From a virus: a DNA stretch of 64,000 nucleotides. The stretch is taken from IMG/VR virus record IMGVR_UViG_3300045988_129289; one strand, written 5' to 3'. The translations under genes were made by a program, and so were the position numbers. Of this stretch, positions 57,825 to 64,000 are shown piece by piece (position 1 is the stretch's first letter; each line of letters begins with the position of its first letter). The notes beneath the pieces are model-generated. The model did not search any database. It had not been told where the DNA came from and saw only the letters and a program-made list of their open reading frames with translations.

Positions 57825-58354
57825 GATTACGAATAGGACTAGATATTGATGACACAGTCTGTGATTTTATAAATCCTTATTTGAAGCGCTTTGGCGTTCC
57901 TCATAAGGATAGTGAGATCACCAGAAATGTAAACAGGATCCTTATAAAGGACAGAGAATTTTGGTTAAATCTTCCGATTATTAACCGTCCAGACTTTATG
58001 CCTACTTTGTACTGTACTAAGAGAGTACACTCTAAAGCTTGGTCTAAGAAGTTTTTGGAATTAAATGATTTACCAGTAGCCCCTATATACCAGGTTTACT
58101 GTCAGATATCTAGTAAAGCACCTAGGATTAAAGGTAGGGTTGATGTTTTCGTTGATGATAGTATCTCAAATTTCATTGACCTCAACTTGCACGGAGTACC
58201 CTGCTTACTAATGGATGCCAAGCATAATAGAAAGTGGGGTCCAGTTGGGAGAATTTTTAGTCTTAGAGAAGAGGAAATAGAGGATTGTTATAATCTATTC
58301 TTAGATACACTATATCCTAACTTTAAAGATTTAGTATATGATAAGTTTGGCTGA
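57821..58354 (+). CDS. HAD-family 5'(3')-deoxyribonucleotidase-like
   Basis: IGLDIDDTVCDF motif I, VFVDDS motif. Confidence 0.6.
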   Translation: MRLRIGLDIDDTVCDFINPYLKRFGVPHKDSEITRNVNRILIKDREFWLNLPIINRPDFMPTLYCTKRVHSKAWSKKFLELNDLPVAPIYQVYCQISSKAPRIKGRVDVFVDDSISNFIDLNLHGVPCLLMDAKHNRKWGPVGRIFSLREEEIEDCYNLFLDTLYPNFKDLVYDKFG

Positions 58355-59378
58355 TTTAAATCAGATTCAGATTATACCTCTATTGGATACTTTAAGATTG
58401 CAGAAGATAGACGATGTAGAGTATTTTAGCGAGAAATACAATGGCTATATAAGCAATTCTAGATTGTCCCTTATAAATCCAGATCAAGACAATGATCCTA
58501 AGGCTTTCTTTGAGGGGTTGGGAAAGCACAATAAGTACAGTGATGCCTTAATATTTGGCAGTGCTGTTCATGAACTTACTCTTCAACCAGAGTTATTCCA
58601 CATGTGTACAAGTGTGGATAGACCTACTGCCAAAGCAGGTTTTATGGCAGATGAACTCTTCGAAGAGTATAAGAAAAATCCTTCTTTAAGCTCAGATGCT
58701 CTTATAAGAGCTTCTGATAAAGTTGATTATTACAAGGGCAAATTTGATAAAGAGAAACAAGATGCCCTGCTCTCAAAGTGTTCAGACTATTGGGAGGGCA
58801 GACAGGAATATGAATCTTCTCCTTTAAATAGCACTCCAATTTATTTGGATGCTAAGGGTAGAGAAAGAGTTTTGCAGTGTGTAAGAGCTTTAAAGGAAGA
58901 TGAGAGCATCCAGAAGCTACTGTATCCTGAAGGACTTTTGGAAGATCCTATTTCTGAGAATGAGCAAGCAATTCTGCTCGATGTCAAAGTTATAGTTCCA
59001 GGATGTGATCCTTTCGTGTTAAAGCTAAAGGCTAAACTTGATAACTATACTATTGACAAAGAAACTAATACTATTGTAGTTAATGATGTCAAGACTATTG
59101 GGAAAATAGTTTCAGAATTTCCTAACAATTTTAAGAAGTTTCACTATCATCGGGAGTTATCCTTGTACAGTTGGCTATTATCTCTTGTAGCTAAGAAGCA
59201 TTATGGTATGGAGAATTGTACAATTCGTTCCAACTGTTTAGTTGTATCTACTATACCAAAGTATTGCACTAAGGTATATGAAGTTACTAAAGCTGACTTT
59301 ACAAGAGGGTGGGAAGAATTTAAAGCTCTTCTAAGGCTTGTAGCCCACTATTATAATAAAGGATATAGGTTCATCTAA
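58338..59378 (+). CDS. hypothetical protein (possible PD-(D/E)xK exonuclease)
   Basis: ORF track 346 aa; weak D...DVK...YHRE pattern. Confidence 0.4.
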   Translation: MISLADLNQIQIIPLLDTLRLQKIDDVEYFSEKYNGYISNSRLSLINPDQDNDPKAFFEGLGKHNKYSDALIFGSAVHELTLQPELFHMCTSVDRPTAKAGFMADELFEEYKKNPSLSSDALIRASDKVDYYKGKFDKEKQDALLSKCSDYWEGRQEYESSPLNSTPIYLDAKGRERVLQCVRALKEDESIQKLLYPEGLLEDPISENEQAILLDVKVIVPGCDPFVLKLKAKLDNYTIDKETNTIVVNDVKTIGKIVSEFPNNFKKFHYHRELSLYSWLLSLVAKKHYGMENCTIRSNCLVVSTIPKYCTKVYEVTKADFTRGWEEFKALLRLVAHYYNKGYRFI

Positions 59379-59731
59379 TGAATATCGCCATGGATGTTAT
59401 AACTACTCCCCCGTACCAAGATATGCAGCGGTTATATAACCGTTACTACTCATTGGGATATTTGGAAACGGACATAAATGCTAAATTTGCGTTGATTTCC
59501 CTTATAGGATATCTGACTTTTAAACTAAAGCAAAAGAAGCCAGATGTAACTGCTTATCAGGTTATAAGGAAGATAGTTGGAGACAGCTTGCCAGAAGACT
59601 TCATAAAAGGAGTTGCGGTGGTTGTAGAAGACTTTTCCTATGGCTGTAAAAGCTTCCCTACATTTGGTATAAACGACAAAGATATTCCAAATAAAATAAA
59701 GGAAATTCTGTCGACATATGTTCCGTTTTAA
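59378..59731 (+). CDS. hypothetical protein
   Basis: ORF track 117 aa. Confidence 0.5.
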   Translation: MNIAMDVITTPPYQDMQRLYNRYYSLGYLETDINAKFALISLIGYLTFKLKQKKPDVTAYQVIRKIVGDSLPEDFIKGVAVVVEDFSYGCKSFPTFGINDKDIPNKIKEILSTYVPF

Positions 59732-59780
59732 TTATAAGTAGGTAGATTCATTTATTTTGTGCAGATAATTTTGTTAACAT

Positions 59781-59796
59781 TTGTTAACAATAAAAT
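59781..59796 (+). promoter_or_regulatory. 16-mer TTGTTAACAATAAAAT (third copy of conserved motif, with extra TTGTTAACA half-site upstream)
   Basis: in AT-rich 280-nt intergenic region. Confidence 0.35.
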
Positions 59797-60009
59797 AGTC
59801 ACTTTTCGTTTGCATAGGTTGAGTAATATATTATATTTGCTTTACCGAAGTCAACGAAAGAAGATGAGGTAAAATTTAGAGCTTAAGATAAACTTTACAA
59901 ATTATTGTTTTGATGATTCAATAAAGAATAGTATATTTGTAATGTTAGATGAAAGATGTTGATACGAATTAATGTTTTTGGTTTTAAACTTTTTAAATTT
60001 TATTGAATT

Positions 60010-60561
60010 ATGACACAAATTATGAATTTTAAGAGAATGGAAGTAACTGGAGCAACTAAGGATGAAGCACTCGCAAAAGCTCCTTTTGACATTATGGGTG
60101 ATGCTACACAGGCTTACAAAATCTGGAAGAAAAAGCAGGTAAATGGCGTAACTGATGCTGACAAGAAGCAGTTTATGCTTGATTATCTTTCTAAGAAATC
60201 TAAAAATGTTGCTGGCGTAGGATTCTCAATTACATTGGAGTCAGCTGTTGCTGATAGCCGTGAGCGTCCTTATAGTATTCACGACAAGAAAAATGAGTCT
60301 GGTGCTCGTAAGTACAAGACAACTTATCAGTTGATTGATAAGACTACTGGTTCAGTTATTGCTGAAACAAACGAAACTAAGGCTAAGGCTAAGGAAATTG
60401 CTAAGGATTTGTATGTAGATAAGGGCTTTAAGGGCAACATTATCTGCACATATACAAAGCAGGTAGTTGATGGCGAGCCAATTGCATTTGAGGCTGAGTA
60501 TACTCCTTCGAAGAGTTCTCGTGTTGGTAGTTATCTTGTATTTGGAGTTGAAAGAGGTTAA
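60010..60561 (+). CDS. hypothetical protein
   Basis: ORF track 183 aa. Confidence 0.55.
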   Translation: MTQIMNFKRMEVTGATKDEALAKAPFDIMGDATQAYKIWKKKQVNGVTDADKKQFMLDYLSKKSKNVAGVGFSITLESAVADSRERPYSIHDKKNESGARKYKTTYQLIDKTTGSVIAETNETKAKAKEIAKDLYVDKGFKGNIICTYTKQVVDGEPIAFEAEYTPSKSSRVGSYLVFGVERG

Positions 60562-60664
60562 TTCCATATCTAAATCCTATATTAAGGGCAGTTGTTGAGA
60601 AACGACTGCCCGTTTTTTATAGCATAATAGCTTAACATAAAATTGAATAAATCAATTAAAAATA

Positions 60665-62212
60665 ATGAAACATTCGACTGTTAGAAAATATACTGAAATA
60701 TTAACCGCAGCAAAAAATAGCGGGCAGAACTTACATCTTTTCTGTGAGAAAAACGGACTTAACTATAATAGTATAGTTGGAGCTATCTCTACTCTTAAGA
60801 AGCAGAATGATGCTGAAACTGACGAAGTGAAGACTTTACTTCGTTTGTATAGTGAAGTAGTTTCTAAGAAGGGGAAATCCTTGAAGGAGGTGATTGAGAC
60901 TGATGATAGAGCAGAAACTTCTATTCTTAGAGGAGAAGATGGAAGGATTAGCTTCTATAGTTATCAAATCTTTAGAAGAGACAAAGCCCCTTTAACTGGT
61001 AAGCTAACTAGGGAGGAAATGAATACTATTCATAGACTCTATTCTTATTATGGGGATTCTCTGACTCAGAGAGTTATCTCAAGACATTTTGTAGACTTAT
61101 CTCTTGTAGACTTTAAGAGAATCCTTCGTGCGTTCAATATCACTAAAGCATCTGCTCCATTTGCTCCTCATATGTTTGAGGAATTGAGTGAGGATGAGCT
61201 TAGAGAAATTCAACTTCGTGAGAAGGAGAATAGCTTTCTCCGCAAAGCGGAAGAGGATCAAATCAAAAATACGGAGAAGCTTCTAAAGAAGTATGCCCAA
61301 GAGAATATTGAACTTAAAAGACAGATGAAGGATCTGTCTGAATTTAAGGTAAAGCTCCCAGAAAATCTTAATCCTATTCTTTTAGAAGAGAGAAAGGAGG
61401 TAGGAAGGAACATAAATCTTTATCTTTCTGACCTACATTTAGGAGCTGCTTTGACTACAGGTTCCCTTTATAAGGAGAATGTTAAATATGGTTTTGTTGA
61501 AGCTCAGAGAAGACTTGCTGAAATTCTGGAGAGACTCCATCAATTTGGAACTTTTGATACTATAAATCTTGTACTAATGGGAGATAACATTGACTGTGCA
61601 GGAGTATACGGTAAGACAGCAAGACTTGATCATGACCTTCCAGAAAATATGGATGCCAGAGAACAAGCCAACAAATTCATAGAGCTCTTGTTATGGTTTA
61701 TAGGATCTCTAGTGGAGAAGGAAAATAAATTCTGTTCTCATATAAACCTATATTCAGTTCCTTGTGGCAATCATGGAGGCAACTATGAATATATGTGTAA
61801 TAAAGCATTGATTGCAACAGTAAATGCTAAATTTCCAAATATAAAAACTACATTCTGGGAGGATTTCTTTGGAATATTTGAGTTTAATGATAACACCTTC
61901 ATATGTTGTCATGGCAAGGATGATCAATATATGAGACGAGGTCTTCCTCTAAATCTTGATGATAAGTCCAAGATTATGCTCTATGAGTGGCTTCATGAAA
62001 TGGGTATTCATAAAGATAATATCCATTTTATAAAAGGAGATTTGCATTCTAATTCTTTAAACTCTTGCAAGAGATTAGATTATAGAAATGTTTTAAGTCT
62101 CTTTGGGGCTTCTGATTATTCTAATTACAACTTTAGTAGAAATTCCTATGGTATGTCCTACGACTTATTTGTAGGTAGTAATCTTATTAGAGGAACATTT
62201 GAAAATCTTTAG
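60665..62212 (+). CDS. calcineurin-like metallophosphoesterase (Mre11/SbcD-like nuclease) with N-terminal coiled coil
   Basis: LYLSDLHLG, LVLMGDNID, PCGNHGGN phosphoesterase motifs. Confidence 0.6.
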   Translation: MKHSTVRKYTEILTAAKNSGQNLHLFCEKNGLNYNSIVGAISTLKKQNDAETDEVKTLLRLYSEVVSKKGKSLKEVIETDDRAETSILRGEDGRISFYSYQIFRRDKAPLTGKLTREEMNTIHRLYSYYGDSLTQRVISRHFVDLSLVDFKRILRAFNITKASAPFAPHMFEELSEDELREIQLREKENSFLRKAEEDQIKNTEKLLKKYAQENIELKRQMKDLSEFKVKLPENLNPILLEERKEVGRNINLYLSDLHLGAALTTGSLYKENVKYGFVEAQRRLAEILERLHQFGTFDTINLVLMGDNIDCAGVYGKTARLDHDLPENMDAREQANKFIELLLWFIGSLVEKENKFCSHINLYSVPCGNHGGNYEYMCNKALIATVNAKFPNIKTTFWEDFFGIFEFNDNTFICCHGKDDQYMRRGLPLNLDDKSKIMLYEWLHEMGIHKDNIHFIKGDLHSNSLNSCKRLDYRNVLSLFGASDYSNYNFSRNSYGMSYDLFVGSNLIRGTFENL

Positions 62213-62225
62213 AAATTAAATTATT

Positions 62226-62540
62226 ATGGTAAAGAAAGTAAGAAGGGCAATAAAAAATAAGTATGCCTTTGGTGTATATAAACCAAACAAAAATTGTAAG
62301 CCAGTTACCTATAATGGTACTGAGTATTTGTCTAAAGCACAGTGTATGGCTCTTGAAGGAATTACCCGTAAAGAGCTAGATGAATACTTAAATGGAGGTT
62401 TAGGTGAAATTAACGAGGCAATTGATGTAGCAATTGATGCTCAAGAGGAACATCCAGCAGAAGGACCTGAAGAACCCTTAGAAGGACCATGGGGTCCAGA
62501 TAAAGCTCCTGGCGATATGAACTTGGATGATATACTTTGA
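62226..62540 (+). CDS. acidic hypothetical protein
   Basis: ORF track 104 aa. Confidence 0.5.
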   Translation: MVKKVRRAIKNKYAFGVYKPNKNCKPVTYNGTEYLSKAQCMALEGITRKELDEYLNGGLGEINEAIDVAIDAQEEHPAEGPEEPLEGPWGPDKAPGDMNLDDIL

Positions 62541-62542
62541 TT

Positions 62543-62580
62543 ATAAGGAGGGGACAGTGTCCTCTCCTGTTTTTTTTTTA
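62543..62580 (+). terminator. rho-independent terminator (GGAGGGGA/TCCTCTCC + T10)
   Basis: 8-bp stem, 5-nt loop, T-run 62570-62580. Confidence 0.6.
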
Positions 62581-62660
62581 GACTGAATACAGATAAACTA
62601 GATTATGGAGATTACTTAGACAGTAGATATATTTTCACAATCAATCTGATATTTTAGTCA

Positions 62661-63443
62661 ATGGAATTAAACCTTAATGAATTATTGAAAGGAAAAGCCA
62701 CAGTTATACGTGGAAAAGAATATTTGAGTGCGGAAGCTTATGCTGTTCCATTTTTGGAAAGAATGTCTAAGTTTACTAAGGACTTTAGAATCCAAGCAAA
62801 GTTACCCGACCAAATGAGTCTTACAAGAGAAAAAGATCTCAATGCCGAGGATACTGTCTTTAATAGAGTTTGGATTCAGGCAATTCTCCCAGAGGAATTT
62901 AGTATTGATAATCATAGCGAGGTTATAGGTATGGTCTATGGACTTGATACTAGGAAGCCTGTAGCTAAGATTTATAGAGGAGCTTTGAATATGGCATGTC
63001 TTAACTTATGCGTATTTAATCCATCCTTTCTAAATTTACAGGAAATAGAACCAGAGAAACCCTTGGATTTTGGATGTATTCAACCTCTTATGGAACAAAC
63101 CTCTACCTTGAAGGTATGGTTAGATAAATTAAAATCTACCGAAGTACCCTATGATAATCGTCTAATTAACGAGAATCTAGGAATGTGGGTAAGAGAAACA
63201 ATAGCGTGCTCCTATAATACTGGATTTGGAAAAGTAAAACTTGCTAGTAATACTGCTATTGATGCATATAAACTCCTTTATGAGAAAGAAGATTCCCCTT
63301 ATTTTGTAGGGGAGGGAGAAAGTACATCTATGTTTAATGTGTATAATGCATTTACAGAACTTATAAGTAATGCAGACACAAGGGATATAGTAAATAAAGT
63401 TGAGAAGACTTTGCTCCTTAGAAATATTTTACATTTATCTTAA
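62661..63443 (+). CDS. hypothetical protein
   Basis: ORF track 260 aa. Confidence 0.55.
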   Translation: MELNLNELLKGKATVIRGKEYLSAEAYAVPFLERMSKFTKDFRIQAKLPDQMSLTREKDLNAEDTVFNRVWIQAILPEEFSIDNHSEVIGMVYGLDTRKPVAKIYRGALNMACLNLCVFNPSFLNLQEIEPEKPLDFGCIQPLMEQTSTLKVWLDKLKSTEVPYDNRLINENLGMWVRETIACSYNTGFGKVKLASNTAIDAYKLLYEKEDSPYFVGEGESTSMFNVYNAFTELISNADTRDIVNKVEKTLLLRNILHLS

Positions 63444-63500
63444 GATTTTAAAATTTCAATAACTTTTATTATATTTACTAAATATTAATCTAAGTAAATT

Positions 63501-64000
63501 ATGTATAGAGTTACAAAACGCGAAGGAAATTTAGAGTCTTTTGATATTAGCAGAATAGAAAATGCTATACATAAGGCTTTTATGTCTTGTGAGACAGAAG
63601 TTAGTGAAGATGTTATTAAGAATATTGCAAAAGCAGTTAATATCTGGGATACAATCAGCATAGAGGATATTCAAGATCAAATAATTGAACTCCTTGGAGA
63701 TTATGACTATCCTGATGTAGCTGCTGCTTATAGATCCTATAAGGATAAGCAATCAAGAGCTAGAATGCTTTGGCGGAAAATTCAATATATGGATGAATAT
63801 ATAGACAGTAATGAAAATGCTGCTACTATGTCTAATACTGATGGAAACGCAAATACTTCCGCCAAGAATGTTGCAACTCTGGAACCAGAGGTATTTAAGG
63901 ATGATTTCAGAACTATACAGAGGTATAGGATGAAGAGGAAGCTTAAGCAGATGTATCCAGAGGTTGCATATGATTATGAGAGAGATATAGAAGGACATGA
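63501..64000 (+). CDS. ribonucleotide reductase large subunit, N-terminal ATP-cone (partial, continues past window)
   Basis: MYRVTKREGNLESFDISRIENAIHKAF = ATP-cone signature (V.KR.G..E.F...KI..AI.KA); open frame to window end. Confidence 0.55.
   Translation, partial: MYRVTKREGNLESFDISRIENAIHKAFMSCETEVSEDVIKNIAKAVNIWDTISIEDIQDQIIELLGDYDYPDVAAAYRSYKDKQSRARMLWRKIQYMDEYIDSNENAATMSNTDGNANTSAKNVATLEPEVFKDDFRTIQRYRMKRKLKQMYPEVAYDYERDIEGH

Noticed and set aside
1-64000. Search for rRNA, CRISPR arrays, integrase/att sites or transposase
   Set aside because: No rRNA-like conserved stretches were seen. No repeat-spacer arrays, recombinase or transposase motifs were recognised. Mobile content appears limited to homing-endonuclease genes.

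Overview
This window is a 64 kb stretch of a large tailed phage genome, AT-rich (~35% GC), with nearly all genes on the + strand. Gene content points to a Bacteroidota-infecting virus (crAss-/Lak-like): Bacteroides-type -33/-7 promoter motifs, several rho-independent terminators, and a dense tRNA island. The most important observation is stop-codon reassignment. Two blocks of late genes (1-3997 and 36953-40456) are open only if TAG is read as a sense codon. In-frame TAGs fall on conserved Gln positions in an NlpC/P60 motif and the HNH N-L-Q-x-L-C motif. A well-formed suppressor tRNA with anticodon CUA sits at 4556-4630. It shares acceptor, D-arm and T-loop features with the tRNA-Gln(UUG) in the window and anticodon-arm features with the tRNA-Trp(CCA). 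Four free-standing homing-endonuclease-like genes (two HNH, one GIY-YIG, one PD-(D/E)xK) also carry in-frame TAG although they sit among standard-code early genes. The middle of the window has more than 20 tRNAs. Among them are two class-II-shaped tRNAs (long extra arm, A73) with Pro (UGG) and Arg (UCU) anticodons, CAU and UAU tRNAs for AUA/AUG decoding, and a family of truncated tRNA-like acceptor/T-arm minihelices. Protein genes of note include a four-gene amide-bond chemistry cluster (GATase1-like, two Amidoligase_2-like paralogs, a class II Ntn glutamine amidotransferase). There is also a vWA protein that may be Ro60/Rsr-like next to a classic AAA+ ATPase, and an NfeD-flotillin operon. Further items are an OmpA-like outer-membrane protein, several peptidoglycan-active enzymes, and an NAD salvage module (NAMPT, HAD phosphatase, PRPP synthetase). 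A replication module holds an SF2 helicase, a DnaB-like helicase, a TOPRIM primase, an SSB-like protein, RNase H, an Mre11-like phosphoesterase and the start of an RNR with an ATP-cone. No CRISPR array and no rRNA are present.
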